Positions 24,407 through 40,600 of a stretch of 64,000 bases of DNA are shown here, one piece after another. Source of the DNA: Squalus acanthias (taxonomy: Eukaryota). Positions within the stretch are counted from its first letter, which is position 1. Each line of letters begins with the position of its first letter. The translations under genes and the position numbers were made by a program. The stretch spans positions 4,216,001 to 4,280,000 of the forward strand of contig CM059433.1 of the NCBI GenBank assembly GCA_030390025.1, in the 5' to 3' direction. The notes under the pieces were generated by a model. That model worked only from the letters and a program-made list of their open reading frames with translations. It was not told where the DNA came from and did not search any database.

Positions 24407-25149
24407 GGCCCAAAAATTAGTGAGGGAGCCTTCGTGCGGGGGTAAGGCTTCCCCGCGATATCTCACTGCGCGCCGGCTTTTTCATTCCCAGCTCGCACGA
24501 ACTTGATTTTCTAGACAGCAGCTGGGCAGTGCTTCCGTATCCCACAGGCGCAGTTAATTCGTGCGAGCTGTGGGATCACGTGATTCAGTTAGAGCCAATG
24601 GCAGCACACCATCTTTCATTCATAGTTTTCACATCAAGTGCTGTGAAAGCTATGAATCTATACCCCCCCAAAAGAACAGCTAAACCTCAATTAAATTTAA
24701 AAAATACCCATCACATTAATAAAATAAGTATAGTTAAATAAATTAATCACTTTAAACAAAAAATTAAATTTTTGAAAAAATTTAAAATCTTTTAAAAAGT
24801 TATAAAAATAAACTTACCTTTCTTTAAAGTCTCTAAAAAAGATATACCTGTTGAAAAAAATTCAAAATAATACTTAATTAACTACTTACCTTGTTAAAAG
24901 AGGGTCTTACGCCTCCTTTCTTTATGTGCAAAATCTTCCATGCTTACCTGCGCGTTCAAAGCACTAAGTGCACTGCGTGCGCGCAGCCTGTAGCGCACAC
25001 GCAGTTCACTTAGGAACCGCCCCCTTTTGAAATCACCAAGTGCCGGTTTTCAGCGCATGCGCAGTGCATGCAGAAAACTGGCAATTGGAGACAGAATACG
25101 CGAGAGTACACAGTGCGTACTCTCGCGTAGAGGCACTAATTTTTGGGTC
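24407..25149. mobile_element. Harbinger-type MITE (743 bp)
   Basis: TIRs GGCCCAAAAATTAGTG / CACTAATTTTTGGGTC; TSD ATT at 24404-24406 and 25150-25152; AT-rich noncoding core. Confidence 0.85.
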
Positions 25150-26080
25150 ATTATGCTAAGTGATTAATAGATGTGAAATCCACATATTATTATGAAAGTC
25201 AATCATGACAGTGTGCCTTTGTCACAGCCTGCTTCACCAAGCATGTAGCCTCTTCTGCCAGGCTGGCAGCTGCCCTTGCCTGCCAGTGCAGAACCTCCTG
25301 AAAACAGGTTATATGTTGGCGGACCTTGTGGAGGATCTGGCATTTTCTTCTCACGGATGTGGGCTGCCTGAGTGGATTCTTTCCTACGGTTGCAGACAAA
25401 TGCTCACGAGTGGATTCCTGTTCTCCCCCTCGGCCTCCTTAGCGCTCTCAGAAATGGCAGTGGTCTCTGAAATGGATGGAGGTGGACCTCGAACACGGGA
25501 GCTCGTCCGAGGAGACAAAAGGAGTCACCTTTCAGCCTAGCTCTATTCACAGGTGCCAATGAACCAAAGACAAGCAGCTGCAGTCAGCGTTTTAAGAGAC
25601 CTGTGAGTGTTGTGCAACAATGGAGCACTGTGAAGAGTGCCACAGTCAAACATATTACAAACTTACATATATACATCTCACCCTATCTGCATATCCTTCT
25701 ATTCCTGTCTCCCTCGTGTGCTTATCTAGCTTCCCCTCAAAGGCATGTACGCTATTTGCGTCAATTACTCCATGTGAAACTCTGAAGATAGTTTTTGTTG
25801 TTCTGAATATTTACATTTATGCATTGTGCATTTCCAACCACTTTTACTGTACTGCAAAACTGTATAAAAGGAAAGAGTGTTGTTTCCCCCAACTAGATCA
25901 TCACAACTCGCAGCTTAAACAGAAAAACCATCAGCAACAACCAGAAAAGATATCCTAAAGTGTTAAAATCACTCCTAGTTTTCTTCAACCGTTATTGATA
26001 GTTAAACTATCTCTTTAAGCAAAATTGCATTTCCCATTATAGAGGAAAACAAAGCCATGCAATGAGTACATAGCTTCCAG

Positions 26081-27617
26081 CATAGAATCATAGAAATTTA
26101 GGGCACAGAAGGAGGCCATTCGGCCCATCTCATCCGTGCCGGTTGACAAAGAGCTGTCCACCCAAATCCCACTTTCCAGCTCTTGGTCTGTAGCCCTGTA
26201 GGTTACGGCACTTCAAGTGCACATCCAAGTACTTTTTAAATGTGATTACACTATGCGCACACTCGGAGGTCGAACGCCAAACCATCGTCAACACTTTAAC
26301 CGAAGCGTACGAGAGCATGGGCCTTACACTAAACATCCGTAAGACAAAGGTCCTCTACCAACCTGCCCCCGCCACACATTACTGCTCCCCGATTATCAAA
26401 ATCCATGACGAGGCCTTATACAATGTGGACCACTTTCCATACCTCAGGAGCCTACTGTCAACAAGGGCAGATGTCGATGACGAAGTCCAACACCACCTTC
26501 AGTGTGCCAGTGAAGCCTTCGGTCGCCTGAGGAAGAGAGTGTTTGAAGACCAGAACCTCAAACTCGGCACCAAGCTCATGGTCTATAGAGCAGTAGTGAT
26601 ATCCGCCCTCCTGTGTGCTTCAGAGACATGGACCATGTACAGCAGGCAAGCACTGGAGAGGTACCACCAACGCTGCTTCTGCAAGATCCTGCAAATCCAT
26701 TGGCAGGATAGGCGCACCAACGTCAGTGTTCTCGCTCAGGCTAACATCCCCAGCATTGAAGCTTTGACCACGCTCGATCAGCTCCGATGGACGGGCCACA
26801 TCATCCGCATGCCCGATACAAGACTCCCAAAGCAAGCGCTCTACTCGGAGCTCCGACACGGCAAGAGAGCCCTAGGTGGGCAGAGGAATACTTGAAGGAC
26901 ACCCTCAAAGCCTCCTTGAAAAAGTGCAACATCCCCACCGACACCTGGGAATCCCTGGCCCAAGACCGCACAAAGTGGAGGGGAAGCATCCGGGAAGGCG
27001 CCGAACACCTCAAGTCTCTTCGCCGGGAGCAAGCGGAAGCCAAGCGCAAACAGCGGAAGAAGCGCACGTCAACCCAAGCACCCCACCCACCCTGCCCCTT
27101 CAACCACCGTCTGCCCCACCTGTGACAGAGACTGTGGGTCCCACATTGAACTCATCAGTCACCTGCGAACTCATTTTTAATGTGGAAGCAAGTCATCCTT
27201 GGTTCCGAGGGACTGCCTAAGAAGAGAAGAAATGTGATGAGGGTCTCTGCCTCTACCACCCTTTCAGGCAGTGAGTTCCAGACCCCCACCACCCTCTGGG
27301 TGAAAAAATTTCTCCTCAAATCCCCTCTAAACCTCCGACCAATTACTTTAAATCTATGCCCCCTGGTTATTGACCCTTCTGCTAAGGAAAATAGGTCCTT
27401 CCTGTCCACTCTATCCAGGCCCCTCATAATTTTATACACCTCAATTAGGTTTCCCCTCAGCCTCCTCTGTTCCAAAGAAAACAACTTCAGCCTATCCAGT
27501 CTTTCCTCATAACTAAAATTCCCCAGCCCAGGCAACATCCTCGTAAATCTCCTCTGCACCCTCTCTAGTGCAATCACACCCTTCCTGTAATGTGGTGACC
27601 AGAACTGCACGCAGTAT
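26081..27617 (-). mobile_element. CR1 LINE 3' fragment (second subfamily), split by an RTE insertion
   Basis: EYCVQFWSPHYRK...NFFTQRVVGVWNSLP; collinear with 46063-46625. Confidence 0.9.
26247..27229 (+). mobile_element. 5'-truncated RTE LINE
   Basis: Matches ~61695-62680; (AAG)n tail; TSD AAATGTGAT at 26238-26246 and 27230-27238. Confidence 0.95.
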
Positions 27618-28666
27618 TCTATAGAAGCTGACACAGTATCTTCAGACTGATAGATGTGATTTAAGCTTCTATAGAAACAGCTGTCCAGTACTGTGGTAGA
27701 AATACCCACTCTCCATGGTGATTCAATAGATTGTTTTCTGGTGAAATTAACTCAAGATAACCTGATTGCACAAACAATTCAGTTTGTTATCTGCAGTTTA
27801 GAGGTTCTTTTGTCTGATGATCTAAATTAGTGGGGTGTCTTTTGCATATTAAATAATACATGTACATTTTCCCTTTAGCAGCGAACTCAAGTGATGAATT
27901 CTAAATTAAAGAAAGAAGCAGAATCGGATCATCTGCTGGGCATTATATGTCTTATTGAGTTTGAAAAGAGTGAAAATAACTAGAAGCACTGAAACAGCCA
28001 AAAACACACAAAAAAGAAATCGGAGTCTTTAGACAGCAGAAGATTCTGTGGAATTATAGAGGTCCTGATCTCAAGGCAGCTCAGACAGATGGGATGTCAT
28101 TCTCCACTCACTGATAAACTGCTCAAGGTCCAAAGTGAAATGTTTGAGCATTCTGAATCCAGCTCCCAGCAGAAACCAAATTGCCCTTAATTTGTCATGA
28201 TTGTTTAAACAATGCCATTTAGAGGGCTCCTCCGTGGATCTGAGTATTCATCTATTTGAGTGGAGCAGAGAGATTGAGGTGATATAGGGCCAGGAATCCA
28301 GCTGTCGAACATTGGTTTTTCAGCGATACTGTCAGTGGAGGCAAGCGCTATTTTTTAATTTATCCAGCTTTGTTGTATTTCTGCTCTGGATTGAACGAAA
28401 AGAAAAGTGAAAGGAAATATGATAGGGCTGATTTTAACTTTAGGCGGTGACAGATAATGGGTGGTAGCGGATTGGCCGCTTATTATGGGAAAGTTGAGCG
28501 GGGTGTATAACGGGTGACTGAGCCACTTCTGCCTGTTTTCCGCCTCTGCTGTCTTCTGTCATAGAAAGGCACCACTCAGGGCCGATCACAAAGAAAGAAA
28601 GAACTTGCAATTATATAGTGTCAGGACATCCCAAAGCACTTTTACAGCCAATCAATTACTTTCGAA

Positions 28667-31600
28667 GGGGTACAGTAGCATCGTAGTTATGTTATCTGAC
28701 TGGTAAATCCAGAGCCTGGACTAACGATCCGGACTAACGATCCGGTCTAACGATCCGGACTCACGATCCGGACTCACGATCCGGTCTCACGATCGGGACT
28801 AATGATCCAGTCTAATGATACGGACTAATGATCCAGTCTAATGATCCGGACTAATGATCCAGTCTAATGATCCGGACTAATGATCCGGACTAATGATCCA
28901 GTCTAATGATCCGAACTAATGATCCGGACTAATGATCCAGTCTAATGATGCGGACTAATGATGCGGACTAATGATCCAGTCTAATGATGCGGACTAATGA
29001 TGCGGACTAATGATGCGGACTAATGATCCAGACTAATGATCCTGACTAATGATCCGGACTAATGATCCAGTCTAATGATCCGAACTAATGATCCGGACTA
29101 ATGATCCAGTCTAATGATGCGGACTAATGATGCGGACTAATGATCCTGACTAATGATCCTGACTAATGATCCAGACTAATGATCCAGACTAATGATCCAG
29201 TCTAATGATCCGGACTAATGATCCAGACTAATGATCCAGTCTAATGATCCGGACTAATGATCCAGACTAATGATCCAGTCTAATGATGCGGACTAATGAT
29301 GCGGACTAATGATCCTGACTAATGATCCAGACTAATGATCCAGACTAATGATCCAGACTAATGATCCTGACTAATGATCCAGACTAATGATCCTGACTAA
29401 TGATCCAGACTAATGATCCAGACTAATGATCCAGTCTAATGATCCAGTCTAATGATGCGGACTAATGATGCGGACTAATGATGCGGACTAATGATGCGGA
29501 CTAATGATGCGGACTAATGATCCAGACTAATGATCCTGACTAATGATCCAGTCTAATGATCCAGTCTAATGATCCAGACTAATGATCCAGACTAATGATC
29601 CAGTCTAATGATCCAGTCTAATGATCCAGTCTAATGATCCAGTCTAATGATCCAGACTAATGATCCAGACTAATGATCCAGTCTAATGATCCGGACTAAT
29701 GATCCAGACTAATGATCCAGACTAATGATCCAGTCTAATGATCCGGACTAATGATCCAGACTAATGATCCAGACTAATGATCCAGTCTAATGATCCGGAC
29801 TAATGATCCAGACTAATGATCCAGTCTAATGATCCAGACTAATGATCGAGACTAATGATCCAGACTAATGATCCAGTCTAATGATCCAGACTAATGATCC
29901 AGTCTAATGATCCAGACTAATGATCCAGACTAATGATCGAGACTAATGATCCAGTCTGATGATCCAGTCTGATGATCCTGACTAATGATCCAGACTAATG
30001 ATCCGGACTAATGATCCAGACTAATGATCCAGTCTAATGATCCTGACTAATGATCCAGACTAATGATCCAGTCTAATGATCCAGACTAATGATCCAGACT
30101 AATGATCCAGACTAATGATCCGGACTAATGATCCGGACTAATGATCCAGTCTAATCATCCAGTCTAATGATCCGGACTAATGATCCAGTCTAATGATCCG
30201 GACTAATGATCCAGACTAATGATCCAGTCTAATCATCCAGTCTAATGATCCAGTCTAATGATCCAGACTAATGATCCAGTCTAATGATCCAGTCTAATCA
30301 TCCAGTCTAATGATCCTGACTAATGATCCGGACTCATGATCCAGACTAATGATCCAGTCTAACGATCCGGACTAATGATCCGGACTACCGATCCGGACTA
30401 ATGATCCGGACTAATGATCCAGACTAATGATCAACTCTAATGATCCAGACTAATGATCCAGACTAATGATCCAGTCTAATGATCCAGACTAATGATCCGG
30501 ACTAATGATCCAGTCTAATGATCCGGACTAATGATCGAGACTAATGATCCAGACTAATGATCCAGTCTAATGATCCAGACTAATGATCCAGACTAATGAT
30601 CCAGTCTAATGATCCAGACTAATGATCCAGACTAATGATCCAGTCTGATGATCGAGACTAATGATCCAGACTAATGATCCAGACTAATGATCCAGACTAA
30701 TGATCCGGACTAACGATCCGGACTAATGATCCGGACCAATGATCCGGACTAATGATCCAGACTAATGATCAACTCTAATGATCCAGACTAATGATCCAGA
30801 CTAATGATCCAGACTAATGATCCTGACTAATGATCCAGACTAATGATCCAGTCTAATGATCCGGACTAATGATCCAGACTAATGATCCAGACTAATGATC
30901 CAGACTAATGATCCTGACTAATGAACGAGACTAATGATCCAGACTAATGATCCAGTCTAATGATCCTGTCTAATGATCCAGACTAATGATCCATTCTAAT
31001 GATCCTGTCTAATGATCCAGACTAATGATCCATTCTAATGATCCAGACTAATGATCCAGACTAATGATCCTGTCTAATGATCCAGACTAATGATCCAGTC
31101 TAATGATCCTGTCTAATGATCCAGACTAATGATCCATTCTAATGATCCAGACTAATGATCCAGTCTAATGATCCAGTCTAATGATCCTGTCTAATGATCC
31201 AGACTAATGATCCATTCTAATGATCCAGACTAATGATCCAGTCTAATGATCCTGTCTAATGATCCAGACTAATGATCCAGTCTAATGATCCTGTCTAATG
31301 ATCCAGACTAATGATCCATTCTAATGATCCAGACTAATGATCCAGACTAATGATCCTGACTAATGATCCAGGCTAATGATCCAGACTAATGATCCAGACT
31401 AATGATCCAGTCTACTGATCCTGACTAATGATCCGGACTAATGATCCAGTCTAACGATCCGGACTAATGATCCGGACTAACGATCCGGACTAATGATCCG
31501 GACTAATGATCGAGACTAATGATCCAGACTAATGATCCAGTCTAATGATCCGGACTAATGATCGAGACTAATGATCCAGTCTAATGATCCAGACTAATGA

Positions 31601-34600
31601 TCCAGTCTAATGATCCGGACTAATGATCCGGACTAATGATCGAGACTAATGATCCAGACTAATGATCCAGTCTAATGATCCGGACTAATGATCCGGACTA
31701 ACGATCCGGACTAACGATCCGGACTAACGATCCGGACTAATGATCCAGACTAATGATCAAGTCTAATGATCCAGACTAATGATCGAGACTAATGATCCGG
31801 ACTAATGATCCAGATAATGATCCTGACTAATGATCCAGACTAATGATCCGGACTAATGATCCAGACTAATGATCCAGTCTAATGATCCAGACTAATGATC
31901 GAGACTAATGATCCAGTCTAATGATCCAGACTAATGATCCGGACTAATGATCCAGTCTAATGATCCAGTCTAATGATCCGGACTAATGATCGAGACTAAT
32001 GATCCAGACTAATGATCCAGTCTAATGATCCGGACTAATGATCCGGACTAACGATCCGGACTAACGATCCGGACTAATGATCCGGACTAATGATCCAGAC
32101 TAATGATCAAGTCTAATGATCCAGACTAATGATCGAGACTAATGATCCGGACTAATGATCCAGATAATGATCCTGACTAATGATCCAGACTAATGATCCG
32201 GACTAATGATCCAGACTAATGATCCAGTCTAATGATCCAGACTAATGATCGAGACTAATGATCCGGACTAATGATCCAGATAATGATCCTGACTAATGAT
32301 CCAGACTAATGATCCGGACTAATGATCCGGACTAATGATCCTGACTAATGATCCAGGCTAATGATCCGGACTAATGATCCAGGCTAATGATCCAGACTAA
32401 TGATCCAGTCTACTGATCCTGACTAATGATCCGGACTAATGATCCAGTCTAACGATCCGGACTAATGATCCGGACTAACGATCCGGACTAATGATCCAGA
32501 CTAATGATCCAGACTAATGATCCAGACTAATGATCGAGACTAATGATCGAGACTAATGATCCAGTCTAATGATCCAGACTAATGATCCAGACTAATGATC
32601 CAGTCTAATGATCCAGACTAATGATCCGGACTAATGATCGAGACTAATGATCCAGACTAATGATCCAGTCTAATGATCCGGACTAATGATCCGGACTAAC
32701 GATCCGGACTAACGATCCGGACTAATGATCCGGACTAATGATCCAGACTAATGATCAACTCTAATGATCCAGACTAATGATCGAGACTAATGATCCGGAC
32801 TAATGATCCAGATAATGATCCTGACTAATGATCCGGACTAATGATCCGGACTAATGATCCAGTCTAATGATCCAGACTAATGATCCAGTCTAATGATCCG
32901 GACTAATGATCCGGACTAATGATCCGGACTAATGATCCAGACTAATGATCCAGACTAATGATCCAGTCTAATGATCCGGACTAATGATCCAGACTAATGA
33001 TCCAGACTAATGATCCTGACTAATGATCCAGTCTAATGATCCTGACTAATGATCCAGTCTAATGATCCGGACTAATGATCCTGACTAATGATCCAGACTA
33101 ATGATCCTGACTAATGATCCAGTCTAATGATCCTGACTAATGATCCAGTCTAATGATCCGGACTAATGATCCAGTCTAATGATCCTGACTAATGATCCAG
33201 TCTAATGATCCAATCTAATGATCCACACTAATGATCCAGGCTAATGATCCAGACTAATGATCCAGACTAATGATCCAGTCTAATGATCCGGACTAATGAT
33301 CCGGACTAACGATCCGGACTAACGATCCGGACTAATGATCCGGACTAATGATCCAGACTAATGATCAACTCTAATGATCCAGACTAATGATCGAGACTAA
33401 TGATCCGGACTAATGATCCAGATAATGATCCTGACTAATGATCCGGACTAATGATCCGGACTAATGATCCAGTCTAATGATCCAGACTAATGATCCAGTC
33501 TAATGATCCGGACTAATGATCCGGACTAATGATCCGGACTAATGATCCAGACTAATGATCCAGACTAATGATCCAGTCTAATGATCCGGACTAATGATCC
33601 AGACTAATGATCCAGACTAATGATCCTGACTAATGATCCAGTCTAATGATCCTGACTAATGATCCAGTCTAATGATCCGGACTAATGATCCTGACTAATG
33701 ATCCAGACTAATGATCCTGACTAATGATCCAGTCTAATGATCCTGACTAATGATCCAGTCTAATGATCCGGACTAATGATCCAGTCTAATGATCCTGACT
33801 AATGATCCAGTCTAATGATCCAATCTAATGATCCACACTAATGATCCAGGCTAATGATCCAGACTAATGATCCAGTCTAATGATCCAGACTAATGATCCA
33901 GTCTAATGATCCAGACTAATGATCCGGACTAATGATGCGGACTAATGATCCAGACTAATGATCCAGACTAATGATCCAGACTAACGATCCGGACTAATGA
34001 TCCGGACTAATGATCCAGACTAATGATCAAGTCTAATGATCCAGACTAATGATCCAGACTAATGATCCAGTCTAATGATCCAATCTAATGATCCACACTA
34101 ATGATCCAGGCTAATGATCCAGACTAATGATCCAGTCTAATGATCCAGACTAATGATCCAGTCTAATGATCCAGACTAATGATCCGGACTAATGATGCGG
34201 ACTAATGATCCAGACTAATGATCCAGACTAATGATCCAGACTAATGATCCAGTCTAATGATCCAGACTAATGATCCAGTCTAATGATCCAGACTAATGAT
34301 CCGGACTAATGATCCGGACTAATGATGCGGACTAATGATCCAGTCTAATGATCCAGACTAATGATCCGGACTAATGATGCGGACTAATGATCCACACTAA
34401 TGATCCACACTAATGATCCAGGCTAATGATCCAGACTAATGATCCAGTCTAATGATCCAGACTAATGATCCGGACTAATGATGCGGACTAATGATCCAGA
34501 CTAATGATCCAGACTAATGATCCAGACTAATGATCCATTCTAATGATCCAGACTAATGATCCGGACTGATGATCCAGACTAATGATCCAGACTAATGATC

Positions 34601-37600
34601 CAGACTAATTATCCCGTCTAATGATCCAGTCTAATGATCCAGACTAATGATCCAGACTAATGATCCAGACTAATGATCGAGACTAATGATCCAGTCTAAT
34701 GATCCTGACTAATGATCCAGTCTAATGATCCGGACTAATGATCCTGACTAATGATCCAGTCTAATGATCCGGACTAATGATCCGGACTAATGATCGAGAC
34801 TAATGATCCAGACTAATGATCCAGTCTAATGATCCGGACTAATGATCCGGACTAACGATCCGGACTAACGATCCGGACTAACGATCCGGACTAATGATCC
34901 AGACTAATGATCAAGTCTAATGATCCAGACTAATGATCGAGACTAATGATCCGGACTAATGATCCAGATAATGATCCTGACTAATGATCCAGACTAATGA
35001 TCCGGACTAATGATCCAGACTAATGATCCAGTCTAATGATCCAGACTAATGATCGAGACTAATGATCCAGTCTAATGATCCAGACTAATGATCCGGACTA
35101 ATGATCCAGTCTAATGATCCAGTCTAATGATCCGGACTAATGATCGAGACTAATGATCCAGACTAATGATCCAGTCTAATGATCCGGACTAATGATCCGG
35201 ACTAACGATCCGGACTAACGATCCGGACTAATGATCCGGACTAATGATCCAGACTAATGATCAAGTCTAATGATCCAGACTAATGATCGAGACTAATGAT
35301 CCGGACTAATGATCCAGATAATGATCCTGACTAATGATCCAGACTAATGATCCGGACTAATGATCCAGACTAATGATCCAGTCTAATGATCCAGACTAAT
35401 GATCGAGACTAATGATCCGGACTAATGATCCAGATAATGATCCTGACTAATGATCCAGACTAATGATCCGGACTAATGATCCGGACTAATGATCCTGACT
35501 AATGATCCAGGCTAATGATCCGGACTAATGATCCAGGCTAATGATCCAGACTAATGATCCAGTCTACTGATCCTGACTAATGATCCGGACTAATGATCCA
35601 GTCTAACGATCCGGACTAATGATCCGGACTAACGATCCGGACTAATGATCCAGACTAATGATCCAGACTAATGATCCAGACTAATGATCGAGACTAATGA
35701 TCGAGACTAATGATCCAGTCTAATGATCCAGACTAATGATCCAGACTAATGATCCAGTCTAATGATCCAGACTAATGATCCGGACTAATGATCGAGACTA
35801 ATGATCCAGACTAATGATCCAGTCTAATGATCCGGACTAATGATCCGGACTAACGATCCGGACTAACGATCCGGACTAATGATCCGGACTAATGATCCAG
35901 ACTAATGATCAACTCTAATGATCCAGACTAATGATCGAGACTAATGATCCGGACTAATGATCCAGATAATGATCCTGACTAATGATCCGGACTAATGATC
36001 CGGACTAATGATCCAGTCTAATGATCCAGACTAATGATCCAGTCTAATGATCCGGACTAATGATCCGGACTAATGATCCGGACTAATGATCCAGACTAAT
36101 GATCCAGACTAATGATCCAGTCTAATGATCCGGACTAATGATCCAGACTAATGATCCAGACTAATGATCCTGACTAATGATCCAGTCTAATGATCCTGAC
36201 TAATGATCCAGTCTAATGATCCGGACTAATGATCCTGACTAATGATCCAGACTAATGATCCTGACTAATGATCCAGTCTAATGATCCTGACTAATGATCC
36301 AGTCTAATGATCCGGACTAATGATCCAGTCTAATGATCCTGACTAATGATCCAGTCTAATGATCCAATCTAATGATCCACACTAATGATCCAGGCTAATG
36401 ATCCAGACTAATGATCCAGACTAATGATCCAGTCTAATGATCCGGACTAATGATCCGGACTAACGATCCGGACTAACGATCCGGACTAATGATCCGGACT
36501 AATGATCCAGACTAATGATCAACTCTAATGATCCAGACTAATGATCAACTCTAATGATCCAGACTAATGATCCAGACTAATGATCCAGATAATGATCCTG
36601 ACTAATGATCCAGACTAATGATCCAGACTAATGATCCGGACTAATGATCCAGACTAATGATCCAGACTAATGATCCAGACTAATGATCCTGACTAATGAA
36701 CGAGACTAATGATCCAGACTAATGATCCAGTCTAATGATCCAGACTAATGATCCAGACTAATGATCGAGACTAATGATCCAGACTAATGATCCAGACTAA
36801 TGATCCAGACTAATGATCCAGTCTAATGATCCAGGCTAATGATCCAGTCTAATGATCCAGACTAATGATCCAGGCTAATGATCCGGACTAATGATCCAGA
36901 CTAATGATCCAGACTAATGATCCAGTCTACTGATCCTGACTAATGATCCGGACTAATGATCCAGTCTAACGATCCGGACTAATGATCCGGACTAACGATC
37001 CGGACTAATGATCCAGACTAATGATCCAGACTAATGATCCAGTCTAATGATCCAGTCTAATGATCCAGACTAATGATCCGGACTAATGATCGAGACTAAT
37101 GATCCAGACTAATGATCCAGTCTAATGATCCGGACTAATGATCCGGACTAACGATCCGGACTAACGATCCGGACTAATGATCCGGACTAATGATCCAGAC
37201 TAATGATCAAGTCTAATGATCCAGACTAATGATCGAGACTAATGATCCGGACTAATGATCCAGACTAATGATCCAGTCTAATGATCCAGACTAATGATCC
37301 GGACTAATGATCCTGACTAATGATCCAGGCTAATGATCCGGACTAATGATCCAGGCTAATGATCCAGACTAATGATCCAGTCTACTGATCCTGACTAATG
37401 ATCCGGACTAATGATCCAGTCTAACGATCCGGACTAATGATCCGGACTAACGATCCGGACTAATGATCCAGACTAATGATCCAGACTAATGATCCAGACT
37501 AATGATCCGGACTAATGATCGAGACTAATGATCCAGACTAATGATCCAGTCTAATGATCCGGACTAATGATCGAGACTAATGATCCAGTCTAATGATCCA

Positions 37601-40600
37601 GACTAATGATCCAGACTAATGATCCAGTCTAATGATCCGGACTAATGATCCAGACTAATGATCCAGTCTAATGATCCAGACTAATGATCCAGACTAATGA
37701 TCCGGACTAATGATCCGGACTAACGATCCGGACTAACGATCCGGACTAATGATCCGGACTAATGATCCAGACTAATGATCAACTCTAATGATCCAGACTA
37801 ATGATCGAGACTAATGATCCGGACTAATGATCCAGATAATGATCCTGACTAATGATCCGGACTAATGATCCGGACTAATGATCCAGTCTAATGATCCAGA
37901 CTAATGATCCAGTCTAATGATCCAGACTAATGATCCGGACTAATGATCCGGACTAATGATTCGGACTAATGATCCAGACTAATGATCCAGACTAATGATC
38001 CAGTCTAATGATCCGGACTAATGATCCAGACTAATGATCCAGACTAATGATCCTGACTAATGATCCAGTCTAATGATCCTGACTAATGATCCAGTCTAAT
38101 GATCCGGACTAATGATCCGGACTAATGATCCGGACTAATGATCCAGACTAATGGTCCAGACTAATGATCCAGACTAATGATCTGGACTAATGATCCAGAC
38201 TAATGATCCAGTCTAATGATCCAATCTAATGATCCAGACTAATGATTCAGACTAATGATCCAGACTAATGATCCAGTCTAATGATCCAATCTAATGATCC
38301 ACACTAATGATCCACACTAATGATCCAGGCTAATGATCCAGACTAATGATCCAGTCTAATGATCCAGACTAATGATCCGGACTAATGATGCGGACTAATG
38401 ATCCAGACTAATGATCCAGACTAATGATCCAGACTAATGATCCATTCTAATGATCCAGACTAATGATCCGGACTAATGATCCAGACTAATGATCCAGACT
38501 AATGATCCGGACTAATGATCCGGACTAATGATCCGGACTAATGATCCGGACTAATGATCCAGACTAATGATCCGGACTAATGATCCAGACTAATGGTCCA
38601 GACTAATGATCCAGACTAATTATCCCTTCTAATGATCCGGACTAATGATCCAGACTAATGATCCAGACTAATGATCCAGACTAATTATCCCGTCTAATGA
38701 TCCAGTCTAATGATCCAGACTAATGATCCAGACTAATGATCCAGACTAATGATCCAGTCTAATGATCCGGACTAATGATCCAGACTAATGATCCAGACTA
38801 ATGATCCAGACTAATGATCCGGACTAATGATCGAGACTAATGATCCAAACTAATGATCAAGACTAATGATCCGGACTAATGATCCGGACTAATGATCGAC
38901 ACTAATGATCCAGACTAATGATCCAGACTAATGATCCAGACTAATGATCCGGACTAATGATCGACACTAATGATCCAGACTAATGATCCAGACTAATGAT
39001 CCAGACTAATGATCCGGACTAATGATCGAGACTAATGATCCAGTCTAATGATCCAGACTAATGATCCGGACTAATGATCGAGACTAATGATCCAGACTAA
39101 TGATCCAGTCTAATGATCCGGACTAATGATCCAGACTAATTATCAACTCTAATGATCCAGACTAATGATCCAGACTAATGATCCAGATAATGATCCTGAC
39201 TAATGATCCAGACTAATGATCCTGACTAATGAACGAGACTAATGATCCGGACTAATGATCCAGACTAATGATCCTGACTAATGAACGAGACTAATGATCC
39301 GGACTAATGATCCAGACTAATTATCAACTCTAATGATCCAGACTAATGATCCAGACTAATGATCCAGACTAATGATCCAGTCTAATGATCCGGACTAATG
39401 ATCCAGACTAATGATCCAGACTAATGATCCAGACTAATGATCCTGACTAATGAACGAGACTAATGATCCAGACTAATGATCCAGTCTAATGATCCAGACT
39501 AATGATCCAGACTAATGATCGAGACTAATGATCCAGACTAATGATCCAGACTAATGATCCAGACTAATGATCCAGTCTAATGATCCAGACTAATGATCCA
39601 GGCTAATGATCCGGACTAATGATCCAGACTAATGATCCAGACTAATGATCCAGACTAATGATCCAGTCTACTGATCCTGACTAATGATCCGGACTAATGA
39701 TCCAGTCTAACGATCCGGACTAATGATCCGGACTAACGATCCGGACTAATGATCCAGACTAATGATCCAGTCTAATGATCCAGACTAATGATCCAGACTA
39801 ATGATCCAGACTAATGATCGAGACTAATGATCCAGACTAATGATCCAGTCTAATGATCCGGACTAATGATCGAGACTAATGATCCAGTCTAATGATCCAG
39901 ACTAATGATCCGGACTAATGATGCGGACTAATGATCCACACTAATGATCCACACTAATGATCCAGGCTAATGATCCAGACTAATGATCCAGTCTAATGAT
40001 CCAGACTAATGATCCGGACTAATGATGCGGACTAATGATCCAGACTAATGATCCAGACTAATGATCCAGACTAATGATCCATTCTAATGATCCAGACTAA
40101 TGATCCGGACTGATGATCCAGACTAATGATCCAGACTAATGATCCAGACTAATTATCCCGTCTAATGATCCAGTCTAATGATCCAGACTAATGATCCAGA
40201 CTAATGATCCAGACTAATGATCGAGACTAATGATCCAGTCTAATGATCCTGACTAATGATCCAGTCTAATGATCCGGACTAATGATCCAGACTAATGATC
40301 CAGACTAATGATCCAGACTAATGATCCGGACTAATGATTGAGACTAATGATCCAGACTAATGATCCAGACTAATGATCCGGACTAATGATCGACACTAAT
40401 GATCCAGACTAATGATCCAGACTAATGATCCAGACTAATGATCCGGACTAATGATCGAGACTAATGATCCAGACTAATGATCCAGACTAATGATCCAGAC
40501 TAATGATCCGGACTAATGATCGACACTAATGATCCAGACTAATGATCCAGACTAATGATCCAGACTAATGATCCGGACTAATGATCGAGACTAATGATCC

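Noticed and set aside
25199..25600. Host exon in GC-richer unique sequence
   Set aside because: No recognisable domain, and no frame fits convincing splice sites; unresolved without homology or RNA data
25667..25785. Minus-strand exon bounded by AG and GTAAGT
   Set aside because: The sequence resembles a decayed CR1 3' end (compare 19360-19420)
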